Shown here piece by piece: positions 1-9,944 of a DNA stretch of 64,000 nt; position 1 is the stretch's first letter, and each line of letters begins with the position of its first letter. The DNA is from Bacteroidota bacterium (GTDB lineage: Bacteria > Bacteroidota > Bacteroidia > Bacteroidales > Dysgonomonadaceae). The stretch spans positions 16,925 through 80,924 of the forward strand of contig JBGZFC010000100.1 in NCBI GenBank assembly GCA_041846575.1, written 5' to 3'. Made by a program: the position numbers and the translations under genes. Below the pieces are notes generated by a model. The model had not been told where the DNA came from. It saw nothing but the letters and a program-made list of their open reading frames with translations, and searched no databases.

Positions 1-177
1 ATTGTGTATTTTAGCCAAGCGTAAATAGTGGTCTTCATATTTATCAAGCTGCATTACACCCATGGCTAAGTGACACGGTTTGTTGTTTACCACTTTCAGA
101 ATACCGTAGCCCATAACCTGGGTCCCTGGGTCGATACCCATAATTATGCGCTCTTTTATGATTTGGTCTTGTTTCAT
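1..177 (-). CDS. ruvC: Crossover junction endodeoxyribonuclease RuvC, N-terminal part (runs off window edge)
   Basis: Reverse translation from 177 gives [34 protein letters not shown]..., with the RuvC N-terminal GIDPG catalytic-Asp motif. Its ATG (175-177) overlaps the stop of the upstream ORF as ATGA. Confidence 0.85.
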   Translation of the reverse strand, partial: MKQDQIIKERIIMGIDPGTQVMGYGILKVVNNKPCHLAMGVMQLDKYEDHYLRLAKIHN

Positions 178-482
178 AACTCGATGTGTTGCAGCAATGT
201 GGCAAAACTTAGCACCTGTTGATTGAATTTATTATAGAGCATAGTTTGAATATCTTTTGCATATAATTTTTGCCAAGTTTCCAAGGCGTCAACGTCATCA
301 ACTTTAAACTCCAAAGCGTAAGAGTATCCGTCATCTTTGTTTTGGCTGAAAACTCGAGTCAGTCTCGGGCTTTTCAAGGTTCTGTCTTTTGTGACAAAAG
401 GAATATATTCATCGCGTAAAAAAATAAGAAAATGCTCTTTTATAACCTTTTCTACATGAAAAGTTGTGTTGTATATTATCAT
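174..482 (-). CDS. DUF4286-like small conserved protein
   Basis: 102-aa ORF ([12 protein letters not shown]...) directly upstream of and coupled to ruvC, an arrangement typical of Bacteroidota. The family call is from memory. Confidence 0.65.
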   Translation of the reverse strand: MIIYNTTFHVEKVIKEHFLIFLRDEYIPFVTKDRTLKSPRLTRVFSQNKDDGYSYALEFKVDDVDALETWQKLYAKDIQTMLYNKFNQQVLSFATLLQHIEL

Positions 483-562
483 AAAAATTTTTTCAAACTG
501 ATTAAAAATGACTTTATCGATTGCAAATATAAATAAAATATATATCTTTGCATATACAATTC

Positions 563-636
563 GGGGGATTAGCTCATCTGGCTAGAGCGTTTGACTGGCA
601 GTCAAAAGGTAATCGGTTCGAGTCCGATATTCTCCA
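563..636 (+). tRNA. tRNA-Ala (anticodon GGC)
   Basis: 74-nt cloverleaf. Acceptor GGGGGAT/ATTCTCC includes the Ala identity pair G3:U70. Anticodon loop is CTGGCAG and the T arm is GGTTCGAGTCC. No encoded CCA. Confidence 0.9.
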
Positions 637-661
637 CTAATTTTGGTGAAGTAGCAGTATC

Positions 662-979
662 AAAAGAAAAACACATCACTATATTGTCATACTGAATAGA
701 GTTTTTAGCGGAATGAAGTATCTGTTTTTTTAGATGCAAGGCACAAGAGCCAAGACTTAAGACGTTTTTATAATATTTCCTGCAAAAGCTAACAGCCGAA
801 AGAATAGATTTCTCACTTCGTTCGAAATGACAGGGAGTCGTTTATGATTTAGGTTCGCTGCTAACAGCCCAAAACCAATCGCTAACAGCAAGATAGATTC
901 TTCACTTCGTTCAGAATTCGCAGAATCGCCCTTAGGCAATGACAAAAACGAACGAATGTTGGGATTTTTAGACAGCCCC
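662..979. repeat. Copy A of a ~318-bp inverted repeat (partner at 12658-12974)
   Basis: Aligns end to end with the reverse complement of 12658-12974. Contains an internal duplication (GCTAACAGC...AGATT(T)CTCACTTCGTTC at 788-823 and 881-913). Confidence 0.85.
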
Positions 980-987
980 TTTGTTTT

Positions 988-1590
988 TTATACATTCTTC
1001 CTTTTCTCTTTATATAACCCATTTTCCTGTATAAAGTCATACACCTTTGCAGGTAGAAATGCCCGAATGTTCTTGCCGTTTTTTATACTTTCCCGAATAA
1101 AAGTTGACGATATTTCTATAACGGGAGCATCAACCAACTGTACAGATTGTGGAGTTGACTCTGATAGCGTAACATTATCTCCTAAACGGGGATAGATAAT
1201 TATGCTGTATTTTTCGAGCAGAAGTTTGTTATCTTTCCATTTGTGAAATGTAGTCCAATTATCGCTGCCGATTAGTAGCGTGAACTCTTTCTCCGGGTAA
1301 ATTGCACTTAGTTTTTCGAGTGTGTTGAAAGTGTAAGATGGTCGTGGCAGAGAAAACTCTATATCCGATACGGACAGATTTTCGAAATCGGTAAGTGCCA
1401 ACTGTGTCATGTGAAGGCGAATATCGTCATCAATCAGGCTTCCGACTTTCTTTAAAGGGTTTTGTGGCGATACAACAAACCAAACTTCGTCTAAATATGT
1501 AAATTCGCGCATATAGTTTGCCAAAACCAAGTGCCCAACATGAATCGGGTTGAACGACCCCGGAAATATACCGACTTTCGATTTGTTCAT
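988..1590 (-). CDS. nadD: Nicotinate-nucleotide adenylyltransferase
   Basis: MNKSKVGIFPGSFNPIHVGHLVLANY... carries the (H/T)xGH nucleotidyltransferase motif. The ORF extends to 1623, but the ATG at 1590 gives the conserved N-terminus. Confidence 0.9.
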   Translation of the reverse strand: MNKSKVGIFPGSFNPIHVGHLVLANYMREFTYLDEVWFVVSPQNPLKKVGSLIDDDIRLHMTQLALTDFENLSVSDIEFSLPRPSYTFNTLEKLSAIYPEKEFTLLIGSDNWTTFHKWKDNKLLLEKYSIIIYPRLGDNVTLSESTPQSVQLVDAPVIEISSTFIRESIKNGKNIRAFLPAKVYDFIQENGLYKEKRKNV

Positions 1591-1817
1591 AAGCCTGTTT
1601 TGGGAAAGTAATAAAAAATACATATATCCGTATTTGTTCCTAAATGTGACCGTTTTTTAAGTTTTATACAGGGATTTGCTATTTTAAGTCCGTTCGTCCG
1701 GTTGGTTGCAGTGTTCAAAACAAACACAAGAACATCATTTAGGTATTATTACGGATAATCATTAAAAAAACCGATATTTAATACACAAATATCAATTTTT
1801 ACTGTTTATGTTTTTGT

Positions 1818-2063
1818 CTATAGTCGCTTAAAAACTGAAATTAACCATAAAAGCAATACAGAGCCGGCGAGTGCTGTTATTAAACTACCAACAAAACCGC
1901 TTCCGGTGCTAATACCCAATAGCCCGAAAGCCCAACCGCCAATTGCAGCGCCGATAACACCTACAACTATATTAACCAATAGTCCAAAACCGCCACCTCT
2001 CATCAATTTGCCGGCAAGCCATCCTGCTATTGCTCCGACAATAATCCATCCTATTAAACTCAT
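1818..2063 (-). CDS. GlsB/YeaQ/YmgE family (transglycosylase-associated) small membrane protein
   Basis: 81 aa, Gly-rich, 3 TM: MSLIGWIIVGAIAGWLAGKLMRGGGFGLL... Confidence 0.85.
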   Translation of the reverse strand: MSLIGWIIVGAIAGWLAGKLMRGGGFGLLVNIVVGVIGAAIGGWAFGLLGISTGSGFVGSLITALAGSVLLLWLISVFKRL

Positions 2064-2181
2064 AATTAAAATTAGTTATTTAATCTGTTTATATAATTAT
2101 TATTTACTTGTCAACCTGTTTACTTGTCAACTAACAAATAAACACGTGAACTAAATATATTGTTTATAATTTTATGTTGTT

Positions 2182-3324
2182 TTAGTTCATTCTGTTTTTA
2201 TAATCTTCGTAACCGAATTGACGATAAAGTTCGAAAGAACCGGTTGATTTCCAGATGCCTATAGCCGGATGCGAAACTCCGTTAAACATAGTAGTTTTGA
2301 CTATTGTATAATGAATCATATCTTCAAAAATAATTCTACTGCCCACGGTAAGCGGTTCGTCGAATGACCAATCGCCCATGAAATCTCCACTCAGGCAGCT
2401 GTTTCCTCCCATTCTGTATGTAGGTTTTCCCGATACCGGTTCTTGGTAAGCTCCCCTTATGTAAGGTTTGTACGGCATCTCTAAGCAGTCGGGCATGTGG
2501 CAAGCAAACGATACATTGAGCATAGCCGTCTTAACACCGTCGTTTTCTACAATGTCGGCAACGGTTGCTACCAAAACTCCCGTTTGCCAAGCAAAAGCAC
2601 TGCCCGGCTCCATGATAATTTCGATATGCGGATATTTTGCTTTGAATCTTTTCAAGACTTCAATCAGATGTTCAACATTGTACTTTTTATGAGTCATCAG
2701 ATGACCTCCACCCAAATTGAGCCATTCGATTTGTGAAAACAGATGTTTGAACTTTTCTTCAACAACTTCCAATGTTTTCTCCAAATCGTACGAATTACTT
2801 TCGCACAAATTGTGCATGTGAAGTCCCGTAACGCCTTCGGGCAGTTGTTTTCCGAGCATTTGGGAGGTAACACCCAATCGTGAGCCAGGCATACTCGGAT
2901 TGTATAAATCGGTCTTCACTACCGAATATTCGGGATTGATGCGAATACCGCATTTCACATCCTTGCCTGACGATTGTATTTGCGGATAAAACCTGTGAAA
3001 TTGCGATAGAGAGTTGAATGTTATATGGCTGCTGTATTTCATAAAGGTTGGGAAATCTTCGTCGGTATATACCGGGGCGTAGGTGTGCGCCCGACTACCC
3101 ATCTCTTCGAAAGCCAATTGAGATTCCGACACAGAACTTGCCGTAGAGTGTTGTATATACTCACGAACAATTGGAAAACTCTTCCAAAGAGCAAAAGCTT
3201 TAAATGCCATAATTATATTTACATCGGCTCGCTCTTTAACCGATTTAATCAATTGCAGATTTTTGCGGAATAAGTTCTCATCCAACACGTAACACGGGGA
3301 TGGTATTTTTGAAAAGTCAATCAT
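2182..3324 (-). CDS. nspC: Carboxynorspermidine decarboxylase
   Basis: MIDFSKIPSPCYVLDE... with a PLP-dependent decarboxylase-fold N-terminus typical of NspC, and GGGH. Start chosen at the internal ATG at 3324. Confidence 0.85.
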   Translation of the reverse strand: MIDFSKIPSPCYVLDENLFRKNLQLIKSVKERADVNIIMAFKAFALWKSFPIVREYIQHSTASSVSESQLAFEEMGSRAHTYAPVYTDEDFPTFMKYSSHITFNSLSQFHRFYPQIQSSGKDVKCGIRINPEYSVVKTDLYNPSMPGSRLGVTSQMLGKQLPEGVTGLHMHNLCESNSYDLEKTLEVVEEKFKHLFSQIEWLNLGGGHLMTHKKYNVEHLIEVLKRFKAKYPHIEIIMEPGSAFAWQTGVLVATVADIVENDGVKTAMLNVSFACHMPDCLEMPYKPYIRGAYQEPVSGKPTYRMGGNSCLSGDFMGDWSFDEPLTVGSRIIFEDMIHYTIVKTTMFNGVSHPAIGIWKSTGSFELYRQFGYEDYKNRMN

Positions 3325-3361
3325 AATTATAAGTTGTTTTTGCAAAGATAGAAATAAATAG

Positions 3362-3760
3362 CTATTGTTCCGTTTTTCTCTTTAATAGAATTATTGTTAA
3401 TAATGCGGCAGATAGAGAGCCTGAAATATCAGCAACGTAATCAGCCACCTCGGCACTTCGATAAGAGAAAAAATACTTCTGCATCAACTCTATTGCTCCG
3501 CCATAAACGGAAGGTATTACGATACCCCAAAATATCCATTTCCAAGTTTTTGGATTGCCGTTGTGCAGAAAATAATAATTATAAAGAGATACGGCAGACA
3601 GTAAGAAAAACATACCAAAATGACCTACCTTGTCCCAAGATAAAAGTTTTGGCAGTTTTGGGATGTCATTTGCACCTAACAGACATGTTCCTACAAAAAT
3701 AAGCAAGCTTATCGCTATAGGGGCAGCCATATATTTTAAATATCTATCTGTTTTTTTCAT
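3362..3760 (-). CDS. VanZ family membrane protein
   Basis: About 132 aa with 4 TM helices and the DKVGHFGMFFLLS motif. Start at the ATG at 3760 (MKKTDRYL). Confidence 0.7.
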   Translation of the reverse strand: MKKTDRYLKYMAAPIAISLLIFVGTCLLGANDIPKLPKLLSWDKVGHFGMFFLLSAVSLYNYYFLHNGNPKTWKWIFWGIVIPSVYGGAIELMQKYFFSYRSAEVADYVADISGSLSAALLTIILLKRKTEQ

Positions 3761-3908
3761 AATAGAAATAAAAATGATACCAAAGATACATTGAATTTGC
3801 TTATCTTGTCTGTAATTTAAAAACATATAACTAAAACTTACGGATTTTTTAATAAAAAATTCGTTTCTTTGCCGTATGTTTTAAAACAAATGATTTCAGT
3901 TTACAAAA

Positions 3909-5621
3909 ATGAAAAAGATACTAATTTGTGCTTATATAACTATTCTTGCAATCTCGCTTCAGGCTCAAATAAAACAAGAAGAGAAAAATCAAAAAAACTA
4001 CAATATTTATAAGAATATAGATGTTTTCAATTCTGTTGTCAAGGAAGTAGATATGTATTATGTAGATAGTGTAAAGGTTGACAGTTTGATAAACAGGACA
4101 ATACACAATATGTTGGCAGGTTTAGACCCCTATACGGAGTTTTATTCTGATGAAAATATTGATGATTTGCGATTTATGACAACCGGAAAATATGCCGGAG
4201 TTGGCTCTATTATTTCTTATAACAACGGACGAGTGATAATAAATGAGCCTTATAAAGGAATGCCTGCAGACAAAGCCGAATTGAAAGCCGGAGATATTAT
4301 TCTTGAGGTCAATGGAAAAGATATGCGAAATGCTAACGTGAAAGAGGTTAGCGACGAGTTGAGAGGAACACCCGGAACAGATTTGAAACTTAAAATACAA
4401 CGACCCGGCGAAACAAAAGAGCGTATTATTGCTCTTAAGAGAGAAAAAATAGAGATAGACCCGATAACGCATTACGGTATTTATGATGATAATGTAGGTT
4501 ATATTCATTTCAGCTCATTTACCAACGGCAGCTCTAAAAGAGTAGAAGAGTCATTTGTTGATTTGAAAAAGAGAGGAGCCGAGTCGCTTATCCTCGATTT
4601 GCGAGGAAATGGCGGCGGTATTATGGAGGAGGCTATAAATATTATCAACTTTTTCGTTAGAAAAGGGCGGGAAGTAGTTTCAACCAAAGGAAAGGTAAAA
4701 CAGTGGGACAGGGTTTATCGCACGCAAGCTCATCCGATTGATACTATTATTCCTATAGCAGTTCTTATTGATACAGGTTCGGCGTCGGCATCGGAGATTG
4801 TAGCGGGGGCATTGCAAGACCTTGACAGAGCTGTGATTATTGGCAATCGTTCTTTTGGTAAAGGATTGGTGCAAACTCCACGTGAATTGCCTTATGGTTA
4901 CAATATGAAGATTACTACTGCCAAATATTATATTCCGAGTGGACGCAGTATTCAGGTATTGGACTATTCGCACAGAAATTCTGATGGCTCTGTAGCCCGT
5001 GTTCCGGATAGTTTGACCAATGTTTTCAAAACCGTTAACGGTCGCGAAGTGAGAGATGGCGGAGGAATAACACCTGATTTTATTATCCCGTTAGAGCAAA
5101 GTGCAACAATAGTATATTACTTAATGGCAGATAACATAATCTTTGACTTTGTAACCGATTGGGTGCAGAAAAACCCAAAAATTGCGTCGGTGAAAGAGTT
5201 TGGTTTGTCGGAAGATGATTACGTTGCTTTTAAATCTTTTGTGAAAAGTAAAAATTTTAAATACGACCAAATGAGTATTCGCTCGTTGCAATCACTGAAA
5301 AATATCATGGAATTCGAACGCTATTTCGATAATGCAGCAGAGGAGTACAAGGCATTGGAAAACAAGTTGCAGCCAAATCTCGACAGAGATTTAGAACTTT
5401 TCAAAAAAGAGATTATGTCGTATATTGAAACCGAAATCGTAAAACGATATTACTATAAAGAGGGTATGTTGATACGAGAGTTGCTTGCCGATCCGGTTAT
5501 GGAAAAAGCTATCGAGGTTTTGAAAAACAAACAGCTCTACAATATCGTGTTGAAACCAAAACCAGATAATATGCCTTCGGCTGAAGAGTTGAAGGAGAAA
5601 CTGAAAGAGCCATATCTGTAA
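3909..5621 (+). CDS. S41 family C-terminal processing peptidase
   Basis: Signal peptide, a PDZ-like region (AGDIILEVNG), and S41 motifs LDLRGNGGG and GSASASEIVAGALQD. Confidence 0.9.
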   Translation: MKKILICAYITILAISLQAQIKQEEKNQKNYNIYKNIDVFNSVVKEVDMYYVDSVKVDSLINRTIHNMLAGLDPYTEFYSDENIDDLRFMTTGKYAGVGSIISYNNGRVIINEPYKGMPADKAELKAGDIILEVNGKDMRNANVKEVSDELRGTPGTDLKLKIQRPGETKERIIALKREKIEIDPITHYGIYDDNVGYIHFSSFTNGSSKRVEESFVDLKKRGAESLILDLRGNGGGIMEEAINIINFFVRKGREVVSTKGKVKQWDRVYRTQAHPIDTIIPIAVLIDTGSASASEIVAGALQDLDRAVIIGNRSFGKGLVQTPRELPYGYNMKITTAKYYIPSGRSIQVLDYSHRNSDGSVARVPDSLTNVFKTVNGREVRDGGGITPDFIIPLEQSATIVYYLMADNIIFDFVTDWVQKNPKIASVKEFGLSEDDYVAFKSFVKSKNFKYDQMSIRSLQSLKNIMEFERYFDNAAEEYKALENKLQPNLDRDLELFKKEIMSYIETEIVKRYYYKEGMLIRELLADPVMEKAIEVLKNKQLYNIVLKPKPDNMPSAEELKEKLKEPYL

Positions 5622-5828
5622 AGTATTGAGTTTCTGAAAGGGCGTGGTACGCGTTTCGGATTGTGAGTTTCGTGATTTAGGAAACGAAGACTTTTTGTTC
5701 ATTATAAAAGACTATTTTGTAAGGATTTGCAATCCTGACTTTCCGATAGTCTGCTTGTTTACTGAATACCACGTGAGAGGATTAGCGAGGAGTCAAGTGT
5801 TATTAATTGTGCATAAATATTATAAATT

Positions 5829-6271
5829 ATGACTATTTTATCATTTATACTGCGACTCTTGGTTGCCGCTGCAGCCGGAGGAGCGGTCGGTTTAGAGCGA
5901 CAGATAAGTAATAAAAGTGCCGGATTGCGGACAAATGCTTTAGTGGCGGTTGGTTCTTGTATTTATGTGCTTGTTAATCTGCGTATTATGGGTACAACAG
6001 GCGGGCACGGATTATCGGACAAATTGTTACGGGTATAGGATTTTTGGGTGCAGGTGTTATTATGCACAAAGGAACTAACGTACAAGGTTTGACTACTGCC
6101 GCCACTATTTGGTGCAGTGCTGCTCTTGGAGTGCTTGCAGGATTAAATCTTTTCTTAGAGGCATTAGTGTCTTCAGTGTTGATTATCACTGTTAATTCCG
6201 CATTTAAAATAGCTGACAGGTTTATCGGAAATCATGATGTTGAAGGGAAAAATGATTCGAAAATGAATTGA
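5829..6271 (+). pseudogene. MgtC/SapB family membrane protein, interrupted by a 1-nt frame shift near 6003-6005
   Basis: Frame 0 gives ...GLERQ...TNALVAVGSC..., ending at a stop at 6036-6038. The conserved RIIGQIVTGIGFLGAGVIM...GLTTAATIWCSAALG continues in the frame that opens at 5978. Confidence 0.8.
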
Positions 6272-6293
6272 AAAGATAAACTTTTAAGTAAAC

Positions 6294-7142
6294 CTACATC
6301 ACTTTGTACAAAATTATTCCGGTGCACGATTTTTGTATAGAGCAGTATTCAGATACTGTTCTTTTGTCGATTATGACTTTTTTCTTGTTGCTCGATGCAT
6401 GAATAAAATACAGTTTGTTTTTGTGACGGAATGTAAATCCAATATGTGAGGTGTCTAATCCTTTTACGGATGTAGTAAATGCAATTACAGCCAAGTGTGG
6501 AATTCGGTTTTCGATTTTCGATATTCTGTTTTGAGGGATATAGTAGAATCCTCCACGTGAATTTATACTGTTTTCTGTCTTTCTTATTTTGAAAATCATA
6601 CCCTTATCGTTTTCTAACTGTCGATATAAATTTGGATTGGAACTCATAAATCGGATAGTTTTTTTCTCTAATATTCCGCCAAAATTTTCGGTTAGCGGTT
6701 GTAGGTTTTCTTTAGATACATTATCGAATGCCCAGTCAGATGTGTAGTGCAGTCGCGAATCGTAGCCGTTTACTATCCCGTTTCTGTAACGTATGTTTTG
6801 TAGATTAGCAGTAAAATCTTGAAACAGAGTGTCGCCTGCCAAAACCGTTTTGGTAAGTGCCATAACGTTCTCAACAAAAGTTACACAATCCAAAGCCCGC
6901 AAATTGACAACCAATTTCTCGGTTTCGTTCTTCTCTAATGTTGCCGTTTCGTATGGCGTATCTAAGAAAAAAAGAGCTGTTTTTTCCAAAACCGTATCTT
7001 TAGATGTCTCTCTATATGGTTTGATATAAGAGATATACCTGTTGAATATGGTTGTATCTTCATTTGTGAAATCCATTTCTTGTGCAAAGATTGATTCGCA
7101 AACAAATAGGAAAAGCGCTAAATAGAATAGTGTTGATTTCAT
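6294..7142 (-). CDS. Secreted DUF1460-like (amidase-like) protein
   Basis: Signal peptide and the LDCVTFVENVMAL motif that I associate with DUF1460. The family call is tentative. Confidence 0.6.
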   Translation of the reverse strand: MKSTLFYLALFLFVCESIFAQEMDFTNEDTTIFNRYISYIKPYRETSKDTVLEKTALFFLDTPYETATLEKNETEKLVVNLRALDCVTFVENVMALTKTVLAGDTLFQDFTANLQNIRYRNGIVNGYDSRLHYTSDWAFDNVSKENLQPLTENFGGILEKKTIRFMSSNPNLYRQLENDKGMIFKIRKTENSINSRGGFYYIPQNRISKIENRIPHLAVIAFTTSVKGLDTSHIGFTFRHKNKLYFIHASSNKKKVIIDKRTVSEYCSIQKSCTGIILYKVM

Positions 7143-7539
7143 CTGTTTTATTTTCTGATTAGCCCAAAGATACTAATATTTTGATAAATCGAACTAAATT
7201 TTTTGTGGAATTTTTTTTTGTTTTCCGCTATTCTGTAGCATTTTAGCTGTTATATTTTATCCATTGGCTGGCAAAAGAGCATTAGCTTAATGGGAGCATA
7301 GACCAAATATATTTGTAATGTTTGAGTTATGATAAGAATTTGATATTGGCTGTACCTAATATCTCCCAAAAGGTTTCGTGCTTGAGCGACACCAATCACA
7401 AACCATCACTCACAATAAATAATTCCAAAATCGTAAATGATTTTTCTATGTATTATCTTTGAAAAGATATTAAAAAAGCAATTATCCGGTATCGTGTGAA
7501 AAAAATGTGCTATTTTTGCACTAAAGAACATTTCTTTTG

Positions 7540-7573
7540 GAAACTGTTTCTTGGAAAAATTAGAAACAGTTTC
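7540..7573 (+). promoter_or_regulatory. Perfect 12-bp inverted repeat (GAAACTGTTTCT-N10-AGAAACAGTTTC) 12 nt upstream of the crp/fnr-family start codon
   Basis: Read directly from the sequence. Could be an operator or a 5'-UTR hairpin. Confidence 0.4.
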
Positions 7574-7584
7574 TTAATTTATTT

Positions 7585-8286
7585 ATGCAGACAAAAGTCA
7601 ATGAGATAGAAAATCTACCTTCTATATTAACCGATATATGGGGTATGCTTGACGAAAGCGAGCAACAGATTATCAAGAATGATGCCCGAATTGTTCATTT
7701 CAAAAAAAATGAAATAATTTATTCGCATGGGGAAATTCCGACTGATTTGTTGGTGCTTTGTGAAGGGCAAGTAAAGATTTTTAATAGCGGTGTTGGAGGA
7801 AGAACTCAAATTGTTCGGATGATAAAGCCGATAGAATATTTTGGGTATAGAGCCTATTTTGCCGGTGAATCTTTCATCACAGCAGCATCGGCATTCGAAA
7901 ACTCTACGGTATGTATGGTTTCGATGGATATTGTTAAAGAACTAATCGCAACAAACAGTAAATTAGCTTCGTTTTTTATCCGCTTGCTCTCTGTCGATTT
8001 GGGAATTGCCGACCAAAGGATAGTAAACTTAACTCAAAAACATATTCGAGGAAGGTTGGCTGAAACTCTGATTTTTTTAAGAGAAAACTACGGGTTAGAA
8101 GATGACGGGGCAACCATAAATGTATATTTGGCAAGAGAAGATTTGGCAAACCTGTCGAATATGACTACATCAAACGCTATTAGAACTCTATCTGCTTTTG
8201 TAGAAGAGAAAATTATAGCTCTGAATGGGAGGAAAATAAATATAATTGACGAGCAAAAACTGCGAAAAATAAGTACAAATGGTTAG
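7585..8286 (+). CDS. Crp/Fnr family transcriptional regulator
   Basis: Cyclic-nucleotide-binding-like N-terminal domain plus a C-terminal HTH (REDLANLSNMTTSNAIRTLS). Confidence 0.85.
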   Translation: MQTKVNEIENLPSILTDIWGMLDESEQQIIKNDARIVHFKKNEIIYSHGEIPTDLLVLCEGQVKIFNSGVGGRTQIVRMIKPIEYFGYRAYFAGESFITAASAFENSTVCMVSMDIVKELIATNSKLASFFIRLLSVDLGIADQRIVNLTQKHIRGRLAETLIFLRENYGLEDDGATINVYLAREDLANLSNMTTSNAIRTLSAFVEEKIIALNGRKINIIDEQKLRKISTNG

Positions 8287-8354
8287 TTATTTGTATTTAT
8301 TCTTTATATCTGATTAAAAGTTGTGTAAAACAGGCTCAAAATGATAAAACAGAA

Positions 8355-9863
8355 ATGAGAAGAATTATAAACTCAATAGTAAAATCCTATTACAAACCGA
8401 TTGAGGAGTTTCTCAAGAATCCGATTGGTACACAAGAAGCTACTTTGAAGTATCTTGTTGAGCATGGAAGAAATACATATTTTGGTCAAGAATACAAATT
8501 TGAGGAAATCAAAAGTATATCAGATTTTCAAAATAGTGTACCCGTACATTCATACGAAGATTTACGTCCATACCTTGATAAGATTTTAGTTGAGAAGAAG
8601 TCAAATGTGTTGTGGAATACACCTGTTAAGTGGTTCGCTATGTCGAGCGGAACTACCGAAGATAAAAGTAAATATATACCCGTTACGCAAGAGGCTTTAA
8701 AAAATTGCCATTACAGATGTGGTTACCACATGTTAGCTTTGTATGCAAATCATCATCCCGACACATCATATCTGCTCGGCAAAACTCTTGTTTTGGGAGG
8801 TAGTCAGCAGGTGAATTCGATAGGTAATGGTATATATACAGGCGATGTGTCAGCTATTTTAATGAAAAACATGCCACGTATCGTAAAACTTGCAAGAACG
8901 CCCGAAAGCATAGCGTTGATAGCCGATTGGGAAGAGAAGTTGCAAAAGCTTACCGATTACGCCATAAAAAAAGATATACGCGCTTTCGTGGGAGTGCCTT
9001 CGTGGATGTTGGTTTTGTTGAAGAAAATCGTGAACGATACACAGACTTCTATTCCCGAATTGTGGCCCAATTTGGAGGTATTCTTTCATGGAGGCGTAAG
9101 TTTTACACCGTTCCGAGAGCAATACGAAAAACTAATCCCTTCCGAAAAAATGAGATATTGGGAAACCTATAATGCATCGGAAGGTTTTTTCGGAGTTCAA
9201 TACTCGCCCGATTCAAAAGATCTCTTGCTTCTGCTCGATAACGAAATTTTTTACGAATTTATCCCATCATCAGAGTACAACAAAGAAAATCCTACAGTAA
9301 TTCCTTTAAGCGAAGTGAAGGTAGGTGAGCAGTACGCGATGATTATATCTACAAGTGGCGGTTTGTGGCGTTATAAAATTGGCGATACAGTAGAATTTTC
9401 TTCCACAAGTCCGTATCTGTTTAAAATTACGGGACGTACTAAGCAATTTATCAATGCTTTCGGCGAAGAGTTGATTGTTGACAATGCCGACAGGGCTATC
9501 GATGAAGCATGCCGACAAACCGGAGCAAAAATTACCGAATATACGGCAGCACCTATCTATTTTGACGATAAAAGTAACGGCGCACATGAGTGGTTAATTG
9601 AATTCGCGACAACTCCGTCAAGCTTAGATAAGTTTATTGACGTTCTCGACAAGACGTTGCAGAAAGTCAACTCTGATTATGAGGCTAAAAGATCGTACAA
9701 CCTTTCGCTCGGATTACCTGTAGTTAGAGTAATAGAAGAGGGTGGATTTTACAAATGGATGCAACTTAGAGATAAGGTCGGTGGACAAAACAAAGTCCCC
9801 AAATTATCTAACGACAGAAAATATGTCGATAATATTTGCGATTTTTTTAATTTAAATTCCTAA
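8355..9863 (+). CDS. GH3 auxin-responsive-promoter family (acyl-adenylate-forming-like) protein
   Basis: 502 aa. FAMSSGTTEDKSKYIPVT and YNASEGFFG motifs are typical of bacterial GH3-family proteins. Confidence 0.8.
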   Translation: MRRIINSIVKSYYKPIEEFLKNPIGTQEATLKYLVEHGRNTYFGQEYKFEEIKSISDFQNSVPVHSYEDLRPYLDKILVEKKSNVLWNTPVKWFAMSSGTTEDKSKYIPVTQEALKNCHYRCGYHMLALYANHHPDTSYLLGKTLVLGGSQQVNSIGNGIYTGDVSAILMKNMPRIVKLARTPESIALIADWEEKLQKLTDYAIKKDIRAFVGVPSWMLVLLKKIVNDTQTSIPELWPNLEVFFHGGVSFTPFREQYEKLIPSEKMRYWETYNASEGFFGVQYSPDSKDLLLLLDNEIFYEFIPSSEYNKENPTVIPLSEVKVGEQYAMIISTSGGLWRYKIGDTVEFSSTSPYLFKITGRTKQFINAFGEELIVDNADRAIDEACRQTGAKITEYTAAPIYFDDKSNGAHEWLIEFATTPSSLDKFIDVLDKTLQKVNSDYEAKRSYNLSLGLPVVRVIEEGGFYKWMQLRDKVGGQNKVPKLSNDRKYVDNICDFFNLNS

Positions 9864-9944
9864 AATAGAATAAAAACCACTCGTGATTACGTTATAATCA
9901 GAAACTTTGCGTAAATTTGCGCATTAAAACGTCTTTTTGTGAAA

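Noticed and set aside
757-945. 62-aa ORF inside inverted-repeat copy A (MSLPKGDSANSERSEESI...VISNEVRNL...).
   Set aside because: The partner repeat (12658-12974) has no equivalent open frame. The peptide is just a translation of the repetitive GAAGTGAGAAATC-type motifs, so it is non-coding.
5622-5828. Possible Mg2+ (M-box) riboswitch or leader upstream of the MgtC-family gene.
   Set aside because: I could not recognise M-box conserved segments. The region instead carries the same intergenic repeat motifs seen elsewhere (GAGTTTCGTGATT, the AGGATT-TGC-AATCCT hairpin). An Infernal scan would be needed to be sure.
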